Part shown: one piece after another, positions 26,749 to 34,917 of the stretch
Numbering within the stretch: the first letter of the stretch is position 1
Layout: each line of letters starts with the position of its first letter
Source: Candidatus Altimarinota bacterium
Lineage (GTDB): Bacteria > Patescibacteriota > Gracilibacteria > BD1-5 > UBA2023
Length of the DNA stretch: 64,000 nt
NCBI GenBank assembly: GCA_041909865.1
Contig: JAYRRZ010000060.1
Location: forward strand, 2,928 to 66,927
Reading direction: 5' to 3'
The notes under the pieces: model-generated
What the model was told of the DNA's origin: nothing
What the model saw: the letters and a program-made list of their open reading frames with translations, nothing else
The model's database searches: none
Position numbers and translations under genes: made by a program

Positions 26749-26777
26749 TTGTGATTCTTTAAAGAGTGTGGTATAAA
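26749..26777 (+). promoter_or_regulatory. sigma70-type promoter
   Basis: TTGTGA, 17 nt, TATAAA; upstream of 26814 with SD AAGGGGAAGG. Confidence 0.45.
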
Positions 26778-26813
26778 TGAAGAACGAAACAACTTAAGGG
26801 GAAGGTAAACCTT

Positions 26814-27059
26814 ATGAAGAAATACCTTGTAGTAGCTTGGGATACATACTACCCCGGGGCCGGGCTAGATAATATTGTGGCAGACTATTCAACAGTGGAA
26901 GAGTGTCTTGAGTATATCTATAAAAACTTAAAGTCTGATTCTAAGCTGTATGGTCCTTGGATGTGTGACTACATAGAAATCATAGACCAAGACACAATGC
27001 GAGAAGTGTGGAATCAAACAATGTACAACCCGGAGAAAGAAGAAGATGCAAACACTTGA
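26814..27059 (+). CDS. hypothetical protein
   Basis: 81 aa. Confidence 0.5.
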   Translation: MKKYLVVAWDTYYPGAGLDNIVADYSTVEECLEYIYKNLKSDSKLYGPWMCDYIEIIDQDTMREVWNQTMYNPEKEEDANT

Positions 27060-27252
27060 CCTAGAGTTGCGCGTTAACAATATTGTCGTTGTCCCTGCCA
27101 ATAGCGGAGCTATTGACATTTGCTTTAAAGCTCGAAAGGAGGACGTTTTGAATCATTTTGAAGTGCAAGATGTACTGGATCATTTTGGAATGGATGATTT
27201 GTTGCGTTGGATGGATGACGAACAAGTGAAGGCTTATTATGGGTGGGAATGA
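27046..27252 (+). CDS. hypothetical protein
   Basis: 68 aa. Confidence 0.45.
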   Translation: MQTLDLELRVNNIVVVPANSGAIDICFKARKEDVLNHFEVQDVLDHFGMDDLLRWMDDEQVKAYYGWE

Positions 27253-27449
27253 AAATGAGTGTTGAGTTTGATGAGTTGTCTCGGGGTTGCATTTGTGTTT
27301 ATCTTAATGAGGTTTATCAAGGGGACATTTTGCGACTAGAAGATGGGTTTAAGGTACAATTTGAATCAAGTGGGGATTGTTTTAACTCGGAAGAACTAGA
27401 ACAAATTGTAGCCAAGTTGAAAGAATTGAATGGAGAGGAAACAGTATGA
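27249..27449 (+). CDS. hypothetical protein
   Basis: start uncertain (GTG 27243, ATG 27249 or 27255). Confidence 0.45.
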   Translation: MKMSVEFDELSRGCICVYLNEVYQGDILRLEDGFKVQFESSGDCFNSEELEQIVAKLKELNGEETV

Positions 27450-28207
27450 GTAGGAACGCCAGTCGTTACAACCAAAAGGCAAAACAAAGTGGCCCTTCCC
27501 GTCAAGAAAGGGGTAATCAGCTCATTGCACAAGATCAGATGAATGGGAATGATGATTTCAATCTTGGATGGTTCAAGCCAACAGCGTCACAGCAACAAAT
27601 TGTACGAAGCATTCAGCATTGTTCTTTGACAGCAGTACAGGCTTCATCGGGGACGGGAAAATCAACTACAGCAATTTGGTCTGCTTTGAAGTTGCTGAAG
27701 GAAGGACGATTCAAGCATATTGTTTTTGTCAAAACAGCCTGCGAGTATGGTGATGACCCGATTGGATTCCTTGAAGGTGGAAAGGATGCAAAACTCTCAT
27801 ATCACTTTGAAGTGATGCGTTCAATCTTCCATGACTTTATGTCACCCTCTAAGTTAGAATACGAAGAAAAACGAAAACGTATTCAATTTACAACCCCCAA
27901 TTTTATTGCGGGGAAGACCTTTTACGACAGTGTAATTATTATTGACGAGGCACAGACTCTATCCCCTACAACAATGAAGATGATGTTGGAACGGGCAAGC
28001 GACAGCAGCATTTATGTAGTCCTTGGGGATAAGAAACAAACTTACGCACATAAGAAGCGTCCAGATGGGTTTTCTGACCTGATTTCCCGGATTACGGATA
28101 AGGATGGGTGTTGCGTTGAGGATGATATGAATGTTGTAGTGCTTACTTCCAAAGACAATATGCGTAGCAAGCTGAGTAAGCGCATTCTTGAAGTGTATGG
28201 AGGGTGA
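27446..28207 (+). CDS. phoH: PhoH-like ATPase
   Basis: 253 aa; Walker A ASSGTGKST, Walker B VIIIDEAQ; typical phage PhoH size. Confidence 0.8.
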   Translation: MSRNASRYNQKAKQSGPSRQERGNQLIAQDQMNGNDDFNLGWFKPTASQQQIVRSIQHCSLTAVQASSGTGKSTTAIWSALKLLKEGRFKHIVFVKTACEYGDDPIGFLEGGKDAKLSYHFEVMRSIFHDFMSPSKLEYEEKRKRIQFTTPNFIAGKTFYDSVIIIDEAQTLSPTTMKMMLERASDSSIYVVLGDKKQTYAHKKRPDGFSDLISRITDKDGCCVEDDMNVVVLTSKDNMRSKLSKRILEVYGG

Positions 28208-28208
28208 T

Positions 28209-29147
28209 ATGGAAAATATTATGAACAAAACAGAAAAGCAAACCAAGACAATCAAAGCTGGTGTCCGCATGGATGAGGAGACAATCCCCTTCCCTGTAGT
28301 GGCTAGTGTAAAACAGCTTGTCAACTATCGAATATTTTTGTACGGGGAAACCTCTTCAGCATTTGATTTTGTAGAAGCAATCAATGCTATTGACAACGCT
28401 GAAGAACATGACAGCATCACAATCTACTTGTCTGGTGGAGGCGGGTGTGTCTCTTCAACAGATGCCTTCCTTCATGCTATTGAAACAGCACAATCTCGCG
28501 GGGTGCATGTACATTGCGTAGCCAGTGGGCTTGTGGCTAGTGCTCACACATTCATCATTCTTGCTTGTTCAAGCTATGAATGTGCTGCTGGCACGCATTT
28601 CTTGATTCATAATGGTAGTTTGGGGGATGGCGGCAGCTACAACCAATTTAAGGCATCCAGCCAATTCTTCTTGAAATATATGGAAACACGTTTCCGTGAA
28701 GTGTATCATCATTTCTTGAGTGAGGAAGAGTTGGATGACGTTCTGGAAGGGAAGGATTTGTGGCTCACGGCACAGCAATTTTCTGATCGTTACCAAAAAA
28801 GAAATGAACTCCTCCAAGCTGAGATTGAAGCTGAGCAGAATGAAAATGGAGTCGCTAATGACAATTCAATTCCACCTATTACAACAGAACAAATCAAAGC
28901 TGCGGCCAAGGTAGGGGATGAACAGTTTAAGGAATACTGTGTTACGAAAGATGGATTTCCTATTGGAAAGTGGATCGAGTGGGAAGGTGGGGAACAGCCT
29001 GTAGGAGATAATATCGCTGTGCAGGTGATATTCGCAGACGGATTGGATGACGAAGGGCTTGCTGTAGACTGGGAATGGAGTAGTGGGAACGGTTGCGCGG
29101 ATATTGTTAATTTCCGTATTATTCCACAAGATGAACTAGAAGAGTAA
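28209..29147 (+). CDS. ClpP-like (S14-type) serine protease with C-terminal extension
   Basis: IYLSGGGGCVSSTDAFLHAI...HCVASGLVASAHTFIILAC...HFLIHNG parallels the ClpP pattern I.I.SPGG....G.AAS....IHQP; SD GGAGGG. Confidence 0.6.
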   Translation: MENIMNKTEKQTKTIKAGVRMDEETIPFPVVASVKQLVNYRIFLYGETSSAFDFVEAINAIDNAEEHDSITIYLSGGGGCVSSTDAFLHAIETAQSRGVHVHCVASGLVASAHTFIILACSSYECAAGTHFLIHNGSLGDGGSYNQFKASSQFFLKYMETRFREVYHHFLSEEELDDVLEGKDLWLTAQQFSDRYQKRNELLQAEIEAEQNENGVANDNSIPPITTEQIKAAAKVGDEQFKEYCVTKDGFPIGKWIEWEGGEQPVGDNIAVQVIFADGLDDEGLAVDWEWSSGNGCADIVNFRIIPQDELEE

Positions 29148-29212
29148 TTTCGACAATCACGAAATCTTGCCACGGATGGCTTTATTTTGAAAATTAAATG
29201 AGGTAGAGTATC

Positions 29213-29512
29213 ATGGGTATGAGTTATTGGGCTGAAATTGTTGTTGGACTTCCTTATGAGGAAGTGGGTAAAGATTTGAAAGAGAAGGTACAAGAGGAAG
29301 AGTTTTATCAACAAGACATTGAAGATAAGTCCCCATATTACGATGGTGGAGGACAAGGGTTGTTTGGTATCACTGTCAAATCTAGTGATGACTTTAGCTA
29401 TGATGAAATCAACTTTGATAAGTTGACATTGAAAATCAATGAAGCCCGCTATACATTCAAACAAAATATTGGAATTGAGCCGAAGGTGTATATTACAACG
29501 CGAGGTTGTTAA
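29213..29512 (+). CDS. hypothetical protein
   Basis: 99 aa, SD GAGG. Confidence 0.5.
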   Translation: MGMSYWAEIVVGLPYEEVGKDLKEKVQEEEFYQQDIEDKSPYYDGGGQGLFGITVKSSDDFSYDEINFDKLTLKINEARYTFKQNIGIEPKVYITTRGC

Positions 29513-29514
29513 TT

Positions 29515-29760
29515 ATGCGACGACTTGACTACGAGAAAACAGAAGGGGGTTATAACGTCTATTACAACTCCCTCACTTTTTGTGGGGAAATCCTTGTCAA
29601 AGAGGATGGATTCTATGATTTCTGGCCTAATATGAATAGGAACGGATATTGGGATAGTTGGGTGATGCGGAGCATAGCAGATAAGCTGGATGAGTTGAAT
29701 AAACAGTGGCAAGAGAATATTAATGTGTATTTTGGAGAAAGTAATGACCAAACCTCTTGA
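29515..29760 (+). CDS. hypothetical protein
   Basis: ATG at 29515 right after the upstream stop. Confidence 0.5.
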   Translation: MRRLDYEKTEGGYNVYYNSLTFCGEILVKEDGFYDFWPNMNRNGYWDSWVMRSIADKLDELNKQWQENINVYFGESNDQTS

Positions 29761-30082
29761 AACATTGACAATCGGCTATACGCAAATTGCTCAAATCCTT
29801 GCATATCATGCGGATGAAGATTGGAAACTTCCAGAAGGGGTTCCACCATTGTCAACTATTCCCAAGTATTATTTCCAGAATGCCTTAGGCGACTATGTAT
29901 TCATCCGTACACGAGACAGAGGGAAGGCACAGAAATATCTTGACGAGGAATACGGGGGAAGATACACTCTGCGTACATGGACTCTTGAGAAGGGGAATGG
30001 AAAGGGATGTAAAGCTACAGAGACAAGAAAAGGGCAGCATGTGCGGAATGAATCGTTTGGACTGTTTAGAGGATTGAAATGA
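29744..30082 (+). CDS. hypothetical protein
   Basis: start at MTKPLE with SD GGAG. Confidence 0.5.
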   Translation: MTKPLETLTIGYTQIAQILAYHADEDWKLPEGVPPLSTIPKYYFQNALGDYVFIRTRDRGKAQKYLDEEYGGRYTLRTWTLEKGNGKGCKATETRKGQHVRNESFGLFRGLK

Positions 30083-30261
30083 AGGATAAATTGCTTATGT
30101 GGGTGTCGGGAGTGTTGCTAGTCCTCTCAATGATTGCCGCCCTCTACCAAGAAAATGTCAAGATGCAAGAATGTTCTGGCAAAGGTGGGGTGTTGGTGAG
30201 AGGAACTGTTGCAGAGGGGATGGTTTGTGTTCCGGGGATAGAATTGAAGGAGAACAAGTGA
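30079..30261 (+). CDS. small membrane protein
   Basis: 60 aa, one TM helix WVSGVLLVLSMIAALY. Confidence 0.5.
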   Translation: MKDKLLMWVSGVLLVLSMIAALYQENVKMQECSGKGGVLVRGTVAEGMVCVPGIELKENK

Positions 30262-30515
30262 TGAACAGTGAAAACACAATCAAGCTAGACAAGCGTTATC
30301 AATATTTTAAGAAGGATGTCCTCACTGGCAAGAAAGAGAATGTTACAGAATATTTTGAACAAGTGTACAATGGCTTGAAAATTGCTTCCACTCATGTCCA
30401 GAAAATGACGGATGTGTTGATGAGTATTGAAGAGGAAGCTGAGAAGAATGATGTTGTAGTGAGTGATACAATTAAGCGTTTGTTGGATAGTTTGGTGGAG
30501 AAAGAGAGTGAGTGA
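30261..30515 (+). CDS. hypothetical protein
   Basis: start at MNSENT (TGATG overlap). Confidence 0.5.
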   Translation: MNSENTIKLDKRYQYFKKDVLTGKKENVTEYFEQVYNGLKIASTHVQKMTDVLMSIEEEAEKNDVVVSDTIKRLLDSLVEKESE

Positions 30516-30792
30516 AACCTTCAAACATTTATACATCCCAGAACACATCAAACATTGGGCTATTGAGGGGGCTGTCCACTATCTTGAAACGTATTGTCGG
30601 CATTGGGCAAGCAAATCAAAAGATAAGCTGACAATTGAACATCTGGATCAAGCCAAGAAAGAAATGTGTCTTAGAGCTATTGCAATCCTCAAGGAATTTG
30701 ATATGATTGATGGACCAGAACGGCGAGAGAGCTACATCATCAAGCCGGAGGCTAAAATGTATTTAGAACAGAAGAGGGGACTTGGACAGTGA
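30508..30792 (+). CDS. hypothetical protein
   Basis: GTG start proposed at 30508; start uncertain. Confidence 0.4.
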   Translation: MSETFKHLYIPEHIKHWAIEGAVHYLETYCRHWASKSKDKLTIEHLDQAKKEMCLRAIAILKEFDMIDGPERRESYIIKPEAKMYLEQKRGLGQ

Positions 30793-31076
30793 ACACAGAA
30801 AGTGTTGTACGAATGCAGCGGAAGCTGTGTGAATTGCAAGAATCTCTTGCGAGAGTGCAAGAGGAGAAAGAACATTTAATGTCTGCGCTACATGGCGTTA
30901 TGGATGATATTCAGGGGTTGATTAGTGAGAGCTACGGTGTTTCCGGATTACACCTGAATGGAGATGTAGCCCCTTGGGACGAGATACTTCCCGGTGGAAG
31001 GTTTGAGCGATTGACGCATATGATTGATGCAGATTGTATTCTTACAGTGATTGAGAATGGAACACAAAATGTCTGA
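30789..31076 (+). CDS. hypothetical protein
   Basis: 95 aa, GTGA overlap. Confidence 0.45.
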   Translation: MNTESVVRMQRKLCELQESLARVQEEKEHLMSALHGVMDDIQGLISESYGVSGLHLNGDVAPWDEILPGGRFERLTHMIDADCILTVIENGTQNV

Positions 31077-31356
31077 ACATCCTTCCACATATTACACAAC
31101 GAAAGTGTTGGCATCCTTGCATGAACAATTCACCCTTGCAAAAGAGATGGCTTATTACGGAGGATTTGCTGGAGCAGAACACTCTCGCAAAGCCTTCCAT
31201 CTACGTCTAGCTATGCGTCATGTAGCTTTCATGTTGTGTACGCCAGAACAGAGGGAAATCATGTTGCAATACCACACGACACAGGAGAGGTTGGAAGAGA
31301 CGCTAGACAAGCTAATTGAATACAAGCTGAAGTTTGCAGAAGGAGAGAAGGGTTGA
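31069..31356 (+). CDS. hypothetical protein
   Basis: start at MSEHPS. Confidence 0.45.
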   Translation: MSEHPSTYYTTKVLASLHEQFTLAKEMAYYGGFAGAEHSRKAFHLRLAMRHVAFMLCTPEQREIMLQYHTTQERLEETLDKLIEYKLKFAEGEKG

Positions 31357-31619
31357 ATATTTACATCTACACAGCCATTTTTGGACTGTACATCCTTGGA
31401 GCAGCCTATTTTGAAGGGAAATTGAAAGAATGGATTGAATTGAGTATTCGAGTGGATAGCAAGTTTAGGGAACAATATGGATATGAGTATGGGAAAATAT
31501 CCGGGGTGATTACGTCGTTTTTGTGGGGGCCAATTGTCATTCTGACAATTTTGTACACAGTTGGGAAAGGGATTATGAGAGGGATTAAAGGGGTGATTGT
31601 GAATTGGATTAAGAAGTAA
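31353..31619 (+). CDS. membrane protein
   Basis: 88 aa, two hydrophobic helices; TTG start. Confidence 0.45.
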   Translation: MNIYIYTAIFGLYILGAAYFEGKLKEWIELSIRVDSKFREQYGYEYGKISGVITSFLWGPIVILTILYTVGKGIMRGIKGVIVNWIKK

Positions 31620-31646
31620 AAGATGTAAAACATATCAAGTATTCAG

Positions 31647-31679
31647 CCAGCATTCTGAAAATGGATGTTGGGTTTTTTT
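31647..31679 (+). terminator. rho-independent terminator
   Basis: CCAGCAT-N11-ATGTTGG (one G.U) followed by GTTTTTTT. Confidence 0.55.
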
Positions 31680-31784
31680 GTGCCTTAAAAAATGTGTCCT
31701 AGCGGACACAATATTGCACATTAACGTGGAATTTGAGGCTTAAGGGATACAATAGTGGATATTATGACTGATGGTGGAGGGTAT

Positions 31785-32284
31785 ATGAACAAAGTATATG
31801 CTGGAGTTGGGAGCAGGGAGACACCCCTCATGTCTTGGAGAAGATGAGGAAGATAGGGAAATATCTTGCAGAGCAAGGATGGGTGTTGCGTAGTGGAGGG
31901 GCTATAGGAGCAGATAGCGCCTTTGAGCAAGGTTGTGACAGTGGAAGGGGGAAGAAAGAAATCTTCTATGCTAGTAATAACAAGGGAAAGATTGTTACAG
32001 ATAAAAATGTATGGGAAGAAGCAGCGAAGCTGGCAGAGGGGATACATCCCGCACGGGAGAAGTGTAATGAGTATGCTAGGAAACTACACAGCAGGAATTG
32101 TTTTCAAGTGATGGGAGGGGATTTATGTTCTCCAGTATCCCTCCTCATTTGTTGGACAAAGAATGGGAAAGCCAGTGGAGGGACAGCAACTGCAATTAAT
32201 CTTGCTTTAAGAAACAATATCCCTGTGTACAACTTATTCTTCGATAACACCCTTCAAGAACTTAGAAATATTTTATTAAAATAA
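31785..32284 (+). pseudogene. DprA/Smf-like SLOG (Rossmann) protein, interrupted by a -1 frameshift at a C4 run
   Basis: ATG 31785 with SD GGAGGG gives MNKVYAGVGSRETP then a stop after 20 codons; the -1 frame continues PHVLEKMRKIGKYLAEQGWVLRSGGAIGADSAFEQG to 32284; joined at CCCC (31824-31827) they give the full GSR...SGGA.G.D signature. Confidence 0.6.
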
Positions 32285-32294
32285 TTATTTTGTA

Positions 32295-32315
32295 TCCTCA
32301 AGGATGAGGGATTTT
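32295..32315 (+). terminator. rho-independent terminator closing the rightward early operon
   Basis: TCCTCA-AGGA-TGAGG(G) followed by ATTTT. Confidence 0.5.
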
Positions 32316-32349
32316 CCGCCGAAAGCAGGGCTTTCATTTCAAATATCTC

Positions 32350-33087
32350 TTTCAACGCAAGTTGAAATATCTGTACTCATTGAAACGTCAACGTTTCATG
32401 TCATCTCTTTTGTGCGAAGCACAGCATGTATGTTCTTGTGTGGGCGTTATTAGGGATGGGTGATACCTTTTAAGGGGTGTGCAAAATGAGCCGTTGGCTC
32501 AAGTGGTGATAAGCACGAAGGGATGGCGGCATCTCTCACTCTTCTGTGATCCTAAAATATCCTGACTACCTACCCTCTCCAATGCCCCTCATTCACGCGC
32601 CAGCGCGTCATTTACCCTGTCCATTGGCTGTGCCAATACATTCCCCCATCCTAGACGTGGTTACGTCTAAAACGGCCTTTTCTGAGCGTTTCCTCGCTTG
32701 GCGTAGTGCTCAATGGCATCATATGCCAGCGAAGGGAATACTTTGACGTTTCACGTCAGAATTGTGACATTCCATTGCAAAGCAATGGGGTTGGCATACT
32801 CTTTGCCATGCTGGCATGAGGGGAGGAATTGATAGCGAAGCTGTCGGGGAGAGTGTTCCACGTGAAACAATGAGGCCTTTCGGCTGGCTTGAATGATATA
32901 TAGGGTGCGATGCTTAACACTACCCACAAACCGGGGTACCCCTCCCTGTTAATCCACTCTGTCCTACGGACATCAATTACCTATCTCAGCCCATTAGCCT
33001 GCACACTATTTCTAATGCTATCGTTGACGATAGCGGCATTCCCTTTCAGTCCTACGGACTAACATTCTCCCCTACATGCTACGCATG
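32350..33087. other. array of about 18 unrelated short perfect hairpins / palindromes in ORF-free DNA
   Basis: 4-7 bp stems with 3-4 nt loops at 32350, 32381, 32411, 32487, 32595, 32623, 32652, 32714, 32744, 32772, 32804, 32831, 32874, 32961, 33017, 33048, 33075 (details in findings). Confidence 0.8.
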
Positions 33088-33135
33088 AAGTGATTACATG
33101 CCAAACATTTACACCACACAATGACACACTCAACA

Positions 33136-33227
33136 CTGTAACATCCATTACAATAATGTAACACCCACTACATAACACCCATTACAGAATGAGACAATGG
33201 GTAATGTAACATTCTATAATGTAACAC
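33136..33227 (+). repeat. iteron cluster (A)ATGTAACA(C/T) x4 with interleaved CCATTACA repeats
   Basis: CTGTAACAT 33136, AATGTAACAC 33155, AATGTAACAT 33203, AATGTAACAC 33218; CCATTACA at 33145, 33179, 33264. Confidence 0.7.
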
Positions 33228-33289
33228 TATTTTCTTGTATCCCTAGCATTGACCGTTTTTTAACCATTACAAAACATCGAAAGAAACTG

Positions 33290-33318
33290 TTGACATAGGG
33301 AAAGGGATATTCCATACT
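33290..33318 (+). promoter_or_regulatory. possible promoter antisense to the end of the leftward island
   Basis: TTGACA 33290-33295, 17 nt, CATACT 33313-33318; no ORF downstream, faces terminator 33381-33409. Confidence 0.35.
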
Positions 33319-33380
33319 AGCTTTAAGACGGAAATCCGGGGAGACAATCACTACCCATGCGTGATTGTTATGGAATACAA

Positions 33381-33409
33381 GAAAAGAAAAAGCCGGATGT
33401 TAGTCCGGC
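33381..33409 (-). terminator. rho-independent terminator closing the leftward island
   Basis: minus strand GCCGGA-CTAACA-TCCGGC followed by TTTTTCTTTTC. Confidence 0.7.
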
Positions 33410-33433
33410 CTTCTCTCTCTCTTTCCCCCTCCC

Positions 33434-33628
33434 TTATTCCCAAATTCCTACCTGAATCTTAGCAGCGTAAATCGCCGCCTTGAGGGTCAGGTAGAACCCT
33501 TCGACGGTTCCATAACCATAACTGCCGTAAAAGCCATCCATCTTGATCACTTCGTAGCCTTCGCCAGATGTGACAACAATGACCAAGCTGCTATTGTTTT
33601 CAATCGTGAAGATCACATCCATTTTCAT
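33434..33628 (-). CDS. hypothetical protein (64 aa)
   Basis: SD GGGGGG/AATG region, terminator downstream. Confidence 0.5.
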   Translation of the reverse strand: MKMDVIFTIENNSSLVIVVTSGEGYEVIKMDGFYGSYGYGTVEGFYLTLKAAIYAAKIQVGIWE

Positions 33629-33839
33629 TTCCCCCCTATCGGCTCATGCCGTGTTGTTGATAGCTCTAATCCTAGGCGATAGCTAAAAGCATGTCAAACA
33701 CTCTTCTCAATTTTCTTGCATGGCGTTTAAACGCTCAGAAAGGCCCATTCCTGCCTTGCATCGCTACGGATGGGCCAATGTACTAGCACAAATGACAAAG
33801 CCACTAAAAAGGGGCTTGTAAGCGTTTCTAGACGTGTTT

Positions 33840-34001
33840 CTAATGCCATTCTTCCATGTAATGCTCTCGCATTTGCTGGAAGTCTTTCTCAATCTCCATT
33901 AACTCCCTTTCTAATGATTCCATGTCGGCTTGAATAACATCCTCGCCCAGAATTCTAGGTGTATCACTGGGACAATGACGGATGAATTTATCAGGCATCA
34001 T
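33840..34001 (-). CDS. hypothetical protein (53 aa)
   Basis: not in ORF track; ATGATG at 34001 overlaps the upstream stop; coiled-coil-like. Confidence 0.4.
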   Translation of the reverse strand: MMPDKFIRHCPSDTPRILGEDVIQADMESLERELMEIEKDFQQMREHYMEEWH

Positions 34002-34230
34002 ATTGTCTAACCTCCCAAGTTCCTTTTCCGTAAATCATTCCCATTATTTCCTCCCTCCCTGAGCACTCTTTTAATCTATCCGCTTTCCATTCGTGAAACA
34101 TGGAAATTGCAGTATTGTCATCCTTTGCCCAAAATGTTTTCTGCTTTCTCCCGCTGGGGGAGATGATTGCATAGGGGAGCATCATTTCCCCGATGATTTC
34201 CCCGTTAACATCGTCAAAATGTCTTAACAT
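33991..34230 (-). CDS. hypothetical protein
   Basis: start at MLRHFDD (ATGTTAA overlap with upstream stop). Confidence 0.45.
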   Translation of the reverse strand: MLRHFDDVNGEIIGEMMLPYAIISPSGRKQKTFWAKDDNTAISMFHEWKADRLKECSGREEIMGMIYGKGTWEVRQYDA

Positions 34231-34514
34231 AACACTCTCCCCATAATCACTTTGTCGCAATCGACAATCTTTATCAGGATAGCACAAAAGGCATTCATTC
34301 CATAGTATCCGCCCCACCCCGCTTTTTTCTCTTCACTGTCATCCGACAATCGCAAAAAGTCTCCAATATGAAAAACAATCCCCTGATAGCGAATGAAGTT
34401 TTCGCTATCAATATCATCCAGATAATCAAAATCCGCTTTCTCTTTTTCGGACAATTCATATCCGAAAACCATGTTGCGAGGAACGTGATTAGAGATAAAC
34501 TTCAAATCAGACAT
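34224..34514 (-). CDS. hypothetical protein
   Basis: start at MSDLKFIS; acidic middle part. Confidence 0.5.
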   Translation of the reverse strand: MSDLKFISNHVPRNMVFGYELSEKEKADFDYLDDIDSENFIRYQGIVFHIGDFLRLSDDSEEKKAGWGGYYGMNAFCAILIKIVDCDKVIMGRVLC

Positions 34515-34731
34515 TTTGTGTCTCCTGATTATCAAACGACAAAACCAAACAAAACCCAAACAGAATCCCCGGAAGCAATAACCACGAATTACCGCTTACA
34601 AGGGCATAACCAAGCCCGAGACACGTAGCAATCGCTAAGATTGCATTCCCTGCCTTACTCTCTAATGCCTTGAAAAGAGCATTAAAGATAATGGTACTGG
34701 CGGCCATGATATATAAAACGGATGATAGCAT
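34507..34731 (-). CDS. small membrane protein (2 TM)
   Basis: start at MLSSVLYIMAAS with SD GGAGAG. Confidence 0.5.
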   Translation of the reverse strand: MLSSVLYIMAASTIIFNALFKALESKAGNAILAIATCLGLGYALVSGNSWLLLPGILFGFCLVLSFDNQETQNV

Positions 34732-34732
34732 T

Positions 34733-34915
34733 TTACTCTCCCTTTCCCCTGTATTGCAGCGCCAGAAAATCATCCTTATCCTGCCCAAACAATGGCATAT
34801 TATAACTCCAATGATTCGGGTCTGATTCAGGAATGGCGGATTTGTTGCGCGTTTCCTTTCGGGAATTTAATTCCCGCATTACTGAATCACGCATTTTCTT
34901 TGGAAGCTCATACAT
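34733..34915 (-). CDS. hypothetical protein (60 aa)
   Basis: same-strand array. Confidence 0.45.
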   Translation of the reverse strand: MYELPKKMRDSVMRELNSRKETRNKSAIPESDPNHWSYNMPLFGQDKDDFLALQYRGKGE

Positions 34916-34917
34916 GA

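Noticed and set aside
32411-32423. N4-type virion-RNAP hairpin promoters as the explanation for the 3-nt-loop hairpins
   Set aside because: It is kept only as a low-probability idea. No giant vRNAP gene or other N4-like gene is present in this window, and the hairpins lack a shared flanking consensus.
32546-32746. 66-aa plus-strand ORF inside the hairpin array
   Set aside because: It has a non-ATG start, no ribosome-binding site and a Pro/His/Leu-rich unstructured translation. It spans several hairpins and is probably not coding.
32350-33087. CRISPR array or other direct-repeat array
   Set aside because: The hairpins all have different sequences and irregular spacing. There is no repeated unit and no spacer periodicity.
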